From positions 2,728,001-2,792,000 of the forward strand of contig OZ038378.1 of assembly GCA_964036045.1 (NCBI GenBank): a stretch of DNA of 64,000 nucleotides. The letters run 5' to 3'. A model generated the notes under the pieces. The model saw only the letters and a program-made list of their open reading frames with translations. It did no database searches and was not told the origin of the DNA. Source of the stretch: Eutreptiella sp. 'Long Island Sound 2002'. Lineage: Eukaryota; Protista; Euglenida. Shown here in pieces: positions 22,201-34,974 of the stretch (the first letter of the stretch is position 1; each line of letters begins with the position of its first letter). Made by a program: the position numbers and the translations under genes.

Positions 22201-24600
22201 CCCAAGGGATTGGTACACAACCTGCTTATGCAGCTTTTCACCTTGGACAGCTCAAAAATCGAAGTTTTCGAAACCTGTTTTTTTTGATATTGTCATCACG
22301 TAAAATGACCATCCAAGCTATGTAAAGCATGTTTTAGGCTGTATTTACCTGTTTTTCACCTTATTTGGGTATTGGGTTGGGGGGGGGGTCTCCCAAGGGA
22401 TTGGTACACAACCTGCTTGTGCAGTTTTTCAACCTCAGCAGCTTAAAAATCGAAGTTTTTGAAACTTGTTTTTTTGATATTGTGACCACCCAAAATGACC
22501 ATCCAAGGTACGTAAAGCATGTTTTAGGCTGTATTTGCGTGTTTTTTCATCCTATTTGGGTATTAGGTGGGGGGGGGGGTCTCCCAAGGGATTGGTACAC
22601 AACCTGCTTATGCAGTTTTTCAACCTCAGCAGCTCAAAAATCGAAGTTTTCGAAACTTGTTTTTTTGATATTGTGACCACCCAAAATGACCATCCAAGGT
22701 ACGTAAAGCATGTTTTAGGCTGTATTTGCGTGTTTTTCATCCTATGTGGGTATTAGGTCCGGGGGGGGGGGTCTCCCAAGGGATTGGTACACAACCTGCT
22801 TATGCAGTTTTTCACCCTGGGCAGCTCAAAAATCGAAGTTTTCGAAACTTGTTTTTTTGGTATTGTGACCACCCAAAATGACCATCCAAGGTATGTAAAG
22901 CATGTTTTAGGCCGTATGTACATGTTTTTCACCCTATTTGGGTATTAGTTCCGGGGGGTCGGGGGCTCCCAAGGGATTGGCACACAACCTTATGCAGTTT
23001 TCCACCCTGGGCAGCTCAAAAATCGAAGTTTTCGAAACTTGTTTTTTTGATACCGTGATCACCTAAAATGATCATCCAAGGTATGCAAAGCATGTTTTAG
23101 CCCGTATTTATGTAGTTTCCATCCTATTTTGGGTGTGTTTTGCTCGGGGTAGATTCTCTGCGAGGTGGACTTGCCGAAGGCAACAGAACCACCGCGCAGA
23201 GGTTGTTAGGTCAAAGCCAGGCAGGCGTATATATGGGGAAAACGCCACATACCCCCCCATTTTGGCCTTTTTGGGCCTATTCGCGTACCCTACCCCAAGG
23301 GGTTGAATTGTTAGTTTAACCCCTTGTAAAATCATTATTTTGTCCAATAAACGCAACCCCCCATGAGTTTTTGGTCCGGACCCCCCTAGACCCCCCCCCA
23401 CTTGAAACCCACTTTTTTGAGGTTTTCAAGGAGGGGGGGGGGTCCGGGGGGGTCAAAAAATGACCCCTCCTTTTTTTGGGTCGAAAATCATGAATCTTTT
23501 GGTTTTTTTCGATTTTGAGCCGAAAAAGTGTTTCCGGGTCCCGACTCCATAGGGTTTGTATGGGGCGGAGTGGGACGAGCGCAGTTTATGCATTTTTTGG
23601 CCATTTTTGCTATGTTGGCGATTTTGGCAACCTCGGTGACCCCGTGGTACCCACTCCAAGGGGTGCGAGTGGGGATGTTGTGACAGTATATGCCTCCTAG
23701 GATATGGAAGAACGTTTTTTGCACTCTGTAGCCTTGCCCAGGGCTGGTGAAATGCCTTGCCAAAGACGCGAAATGGCTGTTTCCACCAATAATGGCCTAG
23801 TGAATGGGCCAGTACACAACCTGCTCATGCAGTTTTTCACCTTGGACAGCTCAAAAATCGAAGTTTTCGAAACTTGTTTTTTTTGATATTGTCATCACGT
23901 AAAATGACCATCCAAGCTATGTAAAGCATGTTTTAGGCCGTATTTACCTGTTTTTCACCTTATTTGGGTATTGGGTTGGGGGGGGGGTCTCCCAAGGGAT
24001 TGGTACACAACCTGCTTATGCAGTTTTTCAACCTCAGCAGCTTAAAAATCGAAGTTTTTGAAACTTGTTTTTTTGATATTGTGACCACCCAAAATGACCA
24101 TCCAAGGTACGTAAAGCATGTTTTAGGCTGTATTTGCGTGTTTTTTCATCCTATTTGGGTATTAGGGGGGGGGGGGGTCTCCCAAGGGATTGGTACACAA
24201 CCTGCTTATGCAGTCTTTCAACCTCGGCAGCTCAAAAATCGAAGTTTTCGAAACTTGTTTTTTTGATATTGTGACCACCCAAAATGATCATCCAAGCTAT
24301 GTAAAGCATGTTTTAGGCTGTATTTGCGTGTTTTTCATCCTATGTGGGTATTAGGTCCGGGGGGGGGGGGGGGTCTCCCAAGGGATTGGTACACAACCTG
24401 CTTATGCAGTTTTTCACTCTGGACAGCTCAAAAATCGAAGTTTTCGAACGTTGTTTTTTTGATATTGCGATCACCTAAAATGATCATCCAAGGTATGTAA
24501 AGCATGTTTTAGGCCGTATTCGCGTGTTTTTCACCCTATTTTTGGTTTGTGTTGCTCGGGGTAGATTCTCTGTGAGGTGGACTTGCCGAAGGCAATAGAA

Positions 24601-25437
24601 TTTTTTTTTTGATATTGTGACCACTTACAATGATGAAATATGCTATGTAAAGCATGTTTTAGACCCTCTTTGTGCGTTTTTCACCCTATTTGGCTGTGTG
24701 TGTGGGGGGGGGGGGGGGTACCAAGGGGTCTAGGGCACACAACCTGCTTATGCAGTTTTCAGGCCTCGGCAACTCAAAAATAGAAATTTCCGAAACTGAT
24801 TTTTTTGATACTTTGACCATCCAAAATGATCAAATATCCTATGTAAAGCATGTTTTGGACCCTGTTCATGTGTTTTTCACCCTATTTGGGTGTGGCGGGG
24901 GGGGGGGGGGTACCAAGGGGTCTAGGGCACACAACCTGCTTATGCAGTTTTCAGGCCTCGGCAGCTCAAAAATGGAAATTTCCGAAACTGATTTTTTTGA
25001 TACTTTGACCATCCAAAATGATCAAATATCCTATGTAAAGCATGTTTTGGACCCTCTTCGTGTGTTTTTCACCCTATTTGGGTGTGGGGGGGGGGGAGTA
25101 CCAAGGGGTCTAGGGCACACAGCCTGCTTACGCAGTTTTCAGGCCTCGGCAACTCAAAAATAGAAATTTCCGAAACTGATTTTTTTGATACTTTGACCAT
25201 CCAAAATGATCAAATATCCTATGTAAAGCATGTTTTGGACCCTCTTCGTGTGTTTTTCACCCTATTTGGGTGTGGCGGGGGGGGGAGTACCAAGGGGTCT
25301 AGGGCACACAACCTGCTTATGCAGTTTTTAGGCCTCGGCAACTCAAAAATAGAAATTTCCGAAACTGATTTTTTTGATACTTTGACCATCCAAAATGATC
25401 AAATATCCTATGTAAAGCATGTTTTGGCCCCTCTCCC
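24601..25437 (+). repeat. ~190-bp tandem repeat of the outer element (older homologous variant)
   Basis: CCAAGGGGTCTAGGGCAC recurs at ~24721, 24913, 25101 and 25290, and shares CACAACCTGCTTATGCAGTTTT...GTAAAGCATGTTTT with the 192-bp unit. Confidence 0.9.
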
Positions 25438-26529
25438 CTCTTCGAGGTGCCTTGCCGAAGGCAATAGAATTTTAGGGGTGCCTTGGGTGAAAGTACAATA
25501 CAATTGTTTGGATGTCTTGTCCAGTAAACAAGTCATTCTTCACCCATGAGGTCGCAACAAAGAACCACCAAACAACTACTGGGAGTGTTATGCCACAATG
25601 ACTTCTGAGAGTACTGCGTTGTGGTGTGCTGAAGTCCATCACAGTGCTGCAAGCCAACACACACAAAGCTCATTAGAGACCTGTGAGCACACCTTGATCA
25701 CCCCACATGAAACATGACCCCGTTTTTGGTACACCCGCCTTGTTGCCATCCATCCATCGGTGTAGCAAAACACAAGCATGTCTCCGTAGACACCCATAAC
25801 CAAGAACTACGGACCCACCTAGAAACAATGAAGGTAGTAGGCGGTCCATCGTGTGATGCAAGGTGGAGGTTTTGTACCCCATTTGTTCCCACTACAGACC
25901 AAGCAACGCAAGACACAAGCTTAGGGTATGATTCCCTACACCAATGAATACCTCGGCAACAGCCAACGGCTGTGGACTGAATTTCGGTGCATGTGTGTAG
26001 CGTGGTGGGGCACTTGTCTTTGCCTTATAGCCTAGCCGTATGCAGTGCAATGGCCTTGTACAACATTCTCATCTATGAGGCCCATTACACACGGACCATT
26101 TGACAATGGTCCGTGTGCTATGCGCAACCATTTCAGACTTGCCCACTGGAAGTAAACATATGTGACGGCAGTGCAAGCTGCCATAATTGCATTTTTTTTT
26201 GTGCATCGATATGCTTCTTTTTTCAATGGCACATGTCGATATGATGGGTGTAGCAATGTTGTGAGTGTGAGGAATGTACCTACTTTCAGAAGTTCATGCA
26301 ACTGAACAAAATGTGCACAATGCCAACCATTGCAACGTGGGTATTGGGGATGGCAAATCATTTTTGATACACCACCAGCATTCTTGCATACCTTACCATA
26401 CCCTCAAAGGTGTGTGTGTAAGCAATGTGGGTAAGCAACCCGGTCCATCTTGGGCAAAGAATGGCTCTTTTTGGCATAAATGGCGCAGATTTGAAAACTT
26501 GGATTTAGCAAGGGCACCACCTACCGCCT

Positions 26530-26960
26530 CTTGATTGTCCTCCTTGTCTATTGCTGCTACCTCTACCTTGTCCATCACCACATCTTTTCTATCCATTGCC
26601 ACCCACTGCGCCCACCTCTCTTTATTGTCTATGGCCACCAGCTCTTTTTTGTCCATATGTCACCTTTCTGTGTTGTCAGTGGGCATGTTGGACTCCTAAT
26701 AATCTTCGATCTATGTCTCATTACCTCTGCTTTGTCCATGGCCACCACCTCTCTTTTGTCTACGGCGATCACTTTTCCTTTTTCGATGTGCCACCACCAC
26801 CACCACCACCACTCTTCCATAACTGCCCCGGACCCTTTGTCCATATGTCAAGACCACTCCTTGGTCCATAACATGCCCGCTCTCTTGTGCACGTGCTGCC
26901 ACCTCTCCTTTGTACATGTGTCAACTCTTTGTCGTCGACCGCCACCGCCACTCCTTGAAA
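26530..26960. repeat. Degenerate pyrimidine-rich minisatellite (TTTGTCCATGGCCACC-like core)
   Basis: Recurrent TTTGTCCAT/TTGTCTAT cores with a (CAC)n tract. It accounts for the low-complexity first half of ORF 26531-27400. Confidence 0.6.
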
Positions 26961-27030
26961 GGCTAGCTCTTCTTTGTCCATGCGTCATATCTCTCCTTTT
27001 TCCATGTGTCGCCACCATTGCATCTTTTCC

Positions 27031-27400
27031 AAGGAAACATATTAGTGTGCGACAAGCTTTCAAGCATCTCACCCACCTACTGTTGTCACCAATTTCTGTC
27101 GGACGAACCACGGGTGACTACTTTGTTTCTTTTGCGAGAAGAGTGGATAGCAACCTCGTTTCTGTTGGAAGAGTGGTGCATTTCGAATTCGAAATTCCCA
27201 GCATTCGGTTACCAGAAGATTTGAAGTATTTGATGGCAATACTTACACGGCCAACCGGACGAAAGGTATCAGTGGAATGTGCCATGGCACCTAACAACAC
27301 ATTGGCCATCAGCTTCACTCCTTTGGAGTATGGTGAACAAACCATTGAGGTCAGAAAGCGTGGACGGTTTGTGGAGTCCTTCGAAATCAGGGTCGTCTAA
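27031..27400 (+). CDS. Filamin-type (ABP280) Ig-like repeat, terminal exon or gene fragment
   Basis: VGRVVHFEFEIP...DL..MAILTRPTGRKV.VEC....NNTLAISFTPLEYGEQTIEVRKRG..VES.EIRVV-stop follows the filamin repeat pattern. A possible acceptor TTTTCCAAG lies at ~27031. No upstream exon was identified. Confidence 0.55.
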
Positions 27401-27559
27401 AGCATGCACAGCTCCATTCCACTCCAGTCAAGTTTCTTTTTGGTCATGCAGCTCTGTAGATCTGCTTCATATATGCTGTATGCATATTTTCATGGCATAA
27501 GAGGACTAGTGTACCTACCTAGGTACAGGGGCACCGTTTGGGCTTTGAGAGGGAAGTAG

Positions 27560-27930
27560 GGACCCCCCCCCCCTCTATTTTGGGGTTGGGAAACACAAAA
27601 AAACATGTTTTAGAAGTGAATCGGATGTGTAATCGTTGGTATTTGCCCCTATAAAGGCCTCGTTATGGCTAATAATAGGGTCCCGTGGAGAAGCCAGCCG
27701 ACCAAAGGGGAACGTAACAGGGAACATCCCAACTTAATTCCTAATCAAACGTAACCAAATCAAATACAACCCCAAATGCAACCAAATTTGTTCTGGAGGG
27801 AAATAGAGACCCCCCCCCCGATTTTGGGGTTGAAAAACACAAAAAAAACGTGTTTTAGAAGTGAATTGGATGGTCATTACTGGGTATTTGCCCCTATAAA
27901 GGCCTCGCGATGGCTAACAATGGGGTATGA
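27560..27930. repeat. ~125-bp imperfect direct repeat pair (27560-27690, 27808-27930)
   Basis: Shared GACCCCCCCCC...TTTTGGGGTTG...GTTTTAGAAGTGAAT...GTATTTGCCCCTATAAAGGCCTCG. Confidence 0.7.
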
Positions 27931-30900
27931 CATCACTACTACTAGGAACCTAACCAGATTACTAAAAATTACCACTAAATCCTAAAAACACCCCACACCA
28001 CCCCTGTATACAGCCAATGGGCATTTTGAATGTACTCTTGTCCATTTTGATGTCTGTCAAACAAATATTTGGGGTGGAAAGGGCTAGTATTAGGGGTTTG
28101 GACCACAATGTTACGTTTTTTTGGTACTTTGGTTCGGATCCTAGTAGTTTAAAGTCGGAATAGTTAACACAAAAGTAACGCGCCCGGCGCGCGCCGGACA
28201 AACACCCCCCCATTCCTGCCAGCCCAGACATCGTGAGCATGCCTATGATGATCCTACGGAGATGGCTACGGAGTGGGGACCCCGGCTCATCCTGGGAGAA
28301 TCACGTGGGGCACAGAGAATGCGGATGCACCCCGCACTCCAGCAGCCAATGAGATCAGGAGCTCTTGTGCAGTATGCCCGGTCTCTGTGCCGTCGCCTTG
28401 TTTGCTTCTACCTCAGCAGCCCATGCGAATGGTTCCAGCGCACCCTTGTATACATTGGTGCCCATATTTGGAGCCATAATGATTTGGCACACATTTGTGG
28501 CTTGGGTGTGGTTGGTTTCTTCCAGCATAGGCCTGATGTTTTATAGGAAAGAAGAAGAAGCAAACAAGGACTTGGCCGCACTCACTTGGATTCAGGGACA
28601 GCATGTCACCAGGCCCAATCCTCCAAGATGCAAATCTGATCCAAACCTAAATATGAAGAATGCAACAACAGTTCTGCATTCGGCTGAACAAGACATATTA
28701 TGCATTGAAGGACATAGCCGTGGTATTTCTTACTCCTTGAATATCCTCTTTGAAGAATCCACCAGGTTGATACATGAGCAGAGAATAAGCTATGGACCAC
28801 CAAGGGCCATGGTATTATGATCTGGAGAATGGTTGAGTCTTTGAACCAGGAGGTCCACAAGGAACAAGAGTGGCAACAGCTGGTGAGGCCACGAGCCCAT
28901 GAGCGTTGAATCAGCAGCTGACACGAGCTGCGTAGACTCATTCTTCGCCCGTGGGGCGATCTCAAGACCAAAGCACGAACCCAAGAGGGCAAAGAGCATT
29001 CTTGAGTCCAACAAAAGTAGAAACTTCAGCTCTTAGACAGTTGCCCCGAGTTTGCCCCGAGGTGGATGAATGGCTTATCATCGTCATGGACGAAGCCAAC
29101 CCCTTGATCTGTAGTGTGTCTCAGCATGCCCAAGTGATTGTTTTTTCCTCTGTACTCTGCCCTTGTAGTTTACTAATTGTTGTGAGGGTAAGAAAATGGT
29201 GAAAACGAACTGAATGTAGTATGTGGGTGACTGTTTTGGAAGCTTTAGTACTCCGTCTTCAGTTAATGGTCGTGTAACCAGCTGTTTCTTTGCTTTGTTG
29301 CCCCCCTCGCCTTTTTACAATTTGTGTTCATGGCCTCATGGGCAAATGTTCAATTCACCACTATGCACCCCAAGACCACACCACCAGACATCGTGCCATC
29401 TCACACACTTGCTCTCCTCACATTCACCACTGGGGTTCGATGGACATTCACCGTGGGAGGTGGGGTGGGAGGGGTGGCACACTGACAGGTTGAGAGGGGA
29501 TAAGTGGGGTTAAACAAGGGACGGCAAGTGCTTGGATTGCTATTCCATGCACTACATTTGTAGAGTCTGGTCTGGTGTGTGTGGGGGGGGTGCATGGCGT
29601 CATTTGCACCACGAGCTGTGCTGTTCGTGTTGTGCTTTCATCTCGCACATTGGGGTCTTCGCATGTTTGAGGCTTGTGGTCAATCAATCACTGTGTCTCG
29701 TATGTTTTTCGGGCAATGACTTCATAAAAACACATGGAGTGTTGCTACCTTGACCTCAGCATTGAACAGAGGTGGTGTTACCTGGAATCTAGTTGCCTAC
29801 AATATCTTTCACTCTATAACCTAGCGGGACACAACCACAAATTGTCTATTCTATGGTCCCTTGTATGTTGTCTTGGCCTGAGGAGCAACACTGCACAACT
29901 GTCTAAAACACTGCACTACTGTCTGAATGCGAGTTTGGAGTGGCGTTTGGAATCTGTTGGGTGGTTGCTTTGGGTGAGCACTTGCGCCGCATGTGTGCCA
30001 CCCGCTGCTTATGCGGCGAATTTACTCAGAACGTCCTGATTTTTACCCCCTCGAAAAATAGCCCCTAAGCAAAGCAAACACTTTGGCCTAAGAAATTGCA
30101 TAAACACCCTTCCTTCCCGTAACCATTGTACAACCAAGAGCACAATACAACTGACACCCACCTCATAATCTTTGAAATGGCCCTTGGCCCGTTTGTGGCC
30201 CTTCACAGTCCCAAATAAGTACATCCACACACGAGAGGACAAGTCCAAACAACAACACAACACCTTTCCCATTGATGCATAGATGCTACATCAGGTGCTC
30301 CCCCTTTGAGGAAGTAGGTTCGTACAGTATGCAAAGGCACCCTTACAAAGAAGTGCAGGAGGATGTGCAAGAGCATGACACAAGGGCTGTAATAATTGAA
30401 GTCCGAAAGTCTCCCTTATCTTTTTGAGATAGAGCTTGGTTGACATGCAAGCCTAGAGGGTCTTTGTGCACACACAGCACCCGATACAACCAACCACCCC
30501 AAAATACCATATGCAAGAGCCAAAAGATGAAAAATGAATGTGTTGGAGCAACATTGATGCACCATATCTTCTTGTAGCTCCTTTCACACCTTTTGCATGA
30601 GGTGATCCACGCGGCATCATGTGAGCAACCATGGATGTTGAGGACCACTTGGCAACCTTGACTTGGACTTCTTCGCCCACCACCTGAATAGTGAGGATGT
30701 AACTAGCCCTCTCGCCTAGGTCACCAGTCACACACACAATGTCCGCATAGCTTAGTGCAGTTTTCCAAAAGCATTTTGGACCTACCATCCGGCATCCCTC
30801 GAATTTCTTGTGCTCATAGCAGGAAGCCATGCCCTCCTGTGCCCCAGCCCCTTTAGCCCCTGCCCCCTTGGCCGCTGCCCCTGCCTCTACCCGTCATACC

Positions 30901-31008
30901 CCGCGCCGTGCTCTGGCAGAAACAGAAGTTGTTTATTTCCTTGTTTACCGCCAGCCTTTCATGCCACTCATTGGTTTTCTATAAGAGCTCTGCAGGCATC
31001 AGGGCCCA

Positions 31009-31257
31009 ATGCCGTGCACCAATTTCATGATTGTGGGGAAGAATGACACCCCAATCTATGAAGTGGAGATCTCAGACCGCAAGAACCCCACGAAGCCCCA
31101 GACCATGAAGCAGTTCATTATGCATGCGGCTATGGACCCGTTGGATGAGATGATGTGGACATCGCAGGCGCTATATTTGAAGAGTGTTGACAAGTTCAAT
31201 GAATTCGTTGTGTCAGCGTATGTCACACCGGGTTACATCAAGTTTCTGATCATGCAG
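31009..31257 (+). CDS. TRAPPC2: TRAPP complex subunit 2 (sedlin/Trs20), exon 1 of 2
   Basis: FMIVGKNDTPIYEVE...QFIMHAAMDPLDEMMW...LYLKSVDKFNEFVVSAYVTPGYIKFLIMQ matches sedlin. A GT donor is at 31258, and an AG acceptor lies just upstream of the ATG. Confidence 0.93.
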
Positions 31258-31769
31258 GTGTGACCCAACTTCAGAAGTGGACGGCAGGGGCAGAGGCAGC
31301 GGCATGTGGGGTGTTTCATGGGGTGCACCATGCGCAGAGTTCCACTTACTCAGCACCAGTGGGGGGCGGGATTCCAGAACCCCCCCGCCCCCCTGAAGCG
31401 ATCGGGCTCTGCGCCTTCGGCCAATCAAAAATTTTCTCTGGTGCCTTCGGTGCCAATTAGTTTAGACCAAAAATTTTTATCGGCGCCTTTGGTGCCTCTA
31501 ACAACTCAGCACCCGGAGAGGGGGGGTGGTTGGACCCACCCCCCTCGGGCTTTGCACTTTGGGCTTTTCTCTCCAGACCACGAAAGGTCCATAGTGTGTG
31601 TGCCCTTTCAGCCACCGCACACACACTGAGTTTTGAGTGTCACACGAGCATTGCTAGAAACGAAAAAAGATTTTATCTAATTTTTTTTTATGTCAAGACA
31701 AGTGTACAGATCTATATTTTTTTGAGTGGTAGCACAATTGTATTTGAAAGAAGCGAAACCATTCATCCC

Positions 31770-31960
31770 AATTTCGGGGACCCCACCATGGCAGAGGTAA
31801 TGTTGCCCATTTGATTCCTCCACGCTCTAGGGACCCAAGACGGCAGAGATTATGTCGCCCTTTTGATCCCTGTCTGCTTCTGGGACCTGAGACGGCAGGG
31901 GTTAGGTAGCCCATTTGATTCCTCCCCAGGTTGAGACCCCGAGACAGCAAGGGTTATGTC
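31770..31960. repeat. ~44-bp minisatellite family (GGGGTTATGTCGCC...TGATTCCTCC...GGGACCCAAGACGGCA); also at ~51645-51770 and ~63920-64000
   Basis: The same core occurs as 3-4 tandem copies at three separate sites. Confidence 0.75.
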
Positions 31961-34900
31961 GCTCATCTCATTCTTGCTCTTTACGTGTGCTTGAAGGATG
32001 GCAAGGAACTTGTTCTTGTGGAGGGCCTGCGAGAAAAAGGCATCCCTGTAACCACAAAGCCCTTGGTATTCCAATGTTTGGATGGTTGGACTTGCAGCTA
32101 TCAATGCTTGAGCTTGCTTCAGCAACTAGTAGCAGGGCTGGTATGTACCCTAAATCCGTTATACCCCTGTGGTGCATGTGAATGTGAAGGCCATCTTTTA
32201 TGGTGTCGTACTCGCTTCTTTTGGCATCTCAAGCATTGCTACGGTAACTAACCACCCTCTTGTGAGCCTGTTGCACACTCATAGCCTTGTCCACACATTG
32301 CCCTCTTGGTGACATCTCAACCTTATCGCCAAAGGCTTTCGTCATGAGTGTGGTTATCCACCACAACTTGCAGTCCTAGCTTCACCCAAGAGGCTTACTC
32401 CCCCTGCTATTGTGCAGCGTGTACTACCACATGTTGTAGCATGTGCTGTCTGAAAAATTTGGAGAGGATTCTCTACTTCCTTGCACAAAAAAACCCGTAT
32501 CGTCCATCCCAAATGGCACCATGCTCTTGCATTTCCAACGTTTTTTGCATGCTTTTTGTCACTTCTAGAGGTTTTGTTGGATGATCCCCCAACTAGGGGT
32601 GCGGTAGATCTCGAATTTCGACGTCATGCTAGTTTTGGCAAGCCGCACAGTTTTTTTTTTGGAAGGTCCAAAATTAGTGGTTTTTTTATACAAAAGAACC
32701 CCCCCCCCTTTTCAAGCGAGTGCAATTAGTATTAGCATAACGAAAGGTCCAAAGGTCCAAATTTAGTGGTTTTTTTTTGGGGCAAAAGAACCCCCAATAC
32801 AATTGGTAGTAGCATGCAGGCCAAAGGAGTGCTTGCGTTGCTAGTATAAAGACTAATGGATGTGGCAACGTCGTCTGCCCAAGGTGGAGACATGTTTGGG
32901 CAAAAGAAAGCCACAAGTAGTGGGAGTGACTAGCAACCCACCATGAAGAGCAAGTTGCAGCTGATAGCGAAAGTAGGAGTAAGGGGCAGCCCCGAAACTA
33001 GGCCCGGATCATCTTTGAGTTCCTTGTCGTCATCGTCATCATCATCTTTTTTAGATGGTTGTTTGGTGCAAGGTACATGCCGCACCAAGCGCTACAGCAA
33101 AACAACATTAGCAAAGCAAAAGACTACTACTACACAACAAAGCAGACAGTGGTAACCTGTGAAGGGTATGCGCAAGCAAAGTGTGACACAAACGGCACCC
33201 AACAATTGGGAAACCAAGTGCACAAAATGGTGAGCTGGACATTACAAGGTTGCCTGTGGGAGCCGTAGGTAACCTTTCATTGCTACTAGTGGAAAAGGTT
33301 GTTGTGGGGGTGCACGGCCATGCCTTGCTCTTGGTGGAGGAGCTAGCGGTGTAGAAGCTTGTAGTTTGTGGGCATGTGGACTACATGCTTGACGACAAAC
33401 GACTCCCTGTGGCAAGGGGCGTGGGAGACTTAAGGCACCTAGATTTTGCTGTGGTGAGGGCCTGGAGTGAGGGCCCCGGTCCAAAATGTTTACCCCTTAG
33501 ACCACCGCATCCCTGCGACCATTGCATTGGTCGTAGGAGAATTTTTTCCGCTTTGCTAAAAAGTATTGGTTATTTCAGTGGGGCCAATTTTAGTGCCACT
33601 TTTTGAAAAGTCCCCTAGTTTTTTCGGAGCCTCCCAAAGTAGTGAAAACAACATGACGTTCAACACTCGAGATCTGGAGCGCCCCTACCCCCAACCCTCC
33701 AATCAGGTTCTAGTCATGCAATGTCTTGTAGTAGTGCATTTACATGAAACATACTCCCACCCATCTCGCACACTCAACTCATAGTGGTTGCGGCGTGCAC
33801 TCGTTTGGCCTCCCCTCATCCGAGTGTGGTGCATCGGATCTTTTTCCTACGCTTTTTCTTGCCCTCCCTACTATGTCTTCGTCCATGAACACCATTGCTC
33901 AACTCAGCTTGCTTTTGGGTGTGGTGTGTTGGCCGCTTCATTTGCCATCTACCAGAAGCCCCTTTGTTATGGTGAGTGGCTAATGGTGCTTTCACCCCTA
34001 ATTTTGTGTTGTCCCATGCTCAAAATCTGACGGTGCTTCCAAAACTCAAAGAATAACGCCCCTCTCCAAGACCCCCTGTCTCACTTTGTGCGTGTTGGGG
34101 TTATATGTCATCTAAGGGCAACAACCAAAAGGACGGTAGATTGTAGCTACATAGCCCCTACCGTCTCTTCAGGCCACACCCAAAAAGAGTGTGGATTGTG
34201 AATGCATCACCCCCACCATTGCAGCCACACACGAAAAAAAGATCATGGATTGTGGCTCAATATTTCACATGGGGAGACGGGAAGTGCTCAAAGGCGAGGA
34301 TTCAGGGTGTGGTTGGGGGGGTCCACACCTACATAAGATGGCTCGCGCACAACATGGATGTATTGCACATTTGCACATTATATTTTGCGATTTTGCCTAT
34401 GACATATGGGAGCATTTGGAGGCACAAACCCCTGCAACTGATGAAGAAGATAACGATGCTATATGATGATCTGCGGGTAAGGATGTTAGGGTGACCAGGC
34501 ATTCTTGGCCAAGCAGCATTGTGCTTGTGGCTGCATAATCATTAATTAGCTATTTGCCTTATATTTTCAAAACATCTCTTGTTGCTCTCTATGTGTACAT
34601 TGTGAATGATGCACACTTGTGCCGTCTATTTTCATGGTTGTACACGTCAATCCGAGGCAATGAGGAGGGGTGTGACTTCCTAAAAGAATTGTTGCAATGT
34701 GTGGAGGTCTTAGAAACCAAGAGCGCCGTCAAGACCGGTCCCGAGGCCAAAACAAGTTCTTTATCAAGTTCGACACCATGCAGAAGATTGTTACGGCAAC
34801 TACAAAGCTATGAACGCACTGACTGCAAGCATTGCACTTCGTACTCTGCTTGTGGGATCCATGTTGCATTACAATGTCCGAAGGCTGCACACCAAAAGAA

Positions 34901-34974
34901 GATGGATTGTTGCTTACCGCCTGCCACCTCTGGGCTCAACAAATGTGGATTGTGGCCGCATATCCCGCGTACTA

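Larger units (their letters stand above)
16133..24600 (+). mobile_element. Nested head-to-tail array of four Helitron/Helentron-like units (16133-18332, 18333-21398, 21399-23188, 23189-24600)
   Basis: Each unit starts (T/C)CACC(T/G)CGCAGAG and ends CTCTG(C/T)GAGGTG plus TTGCCGAAGGCAA plus (C/T)AGAA. Internal junctions are AGAA|CCACC with no spacer. The outer flanks GCAAAA and TTTTTTTTTTGATATTGTGACC rejoin into one ~190-bp repeat monomer of the host element. Confidence 0.88.
15209..25469 (+). mobile_element. Outer Helitron/Helentron-like element (10.26 kb including nested array)
   Basis: 5' TCACCTCGAAGAGAGG (15209). 3' CTCTTCGAGGTG (25438-25449) plus TTGCC-GAA-GGCAA hairpin plus TAGAA (ends 25469). 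The flanks CTTCAAAA and TTTTAGGGG rejoin exactly as in the uninterrupted paralogous arm at ~13700-13717. Confidence 0.85.

Noticed and set aside
16660-25549. Many similar ORFs (…HNLLMQFF…KIEVFETCFFDIVTTQNDHP…)
   Set aside because: They are translations of the ~192-bp tandem repeat. Variable poly-G lengths shift the frame between copies, so there is no coding constraint.
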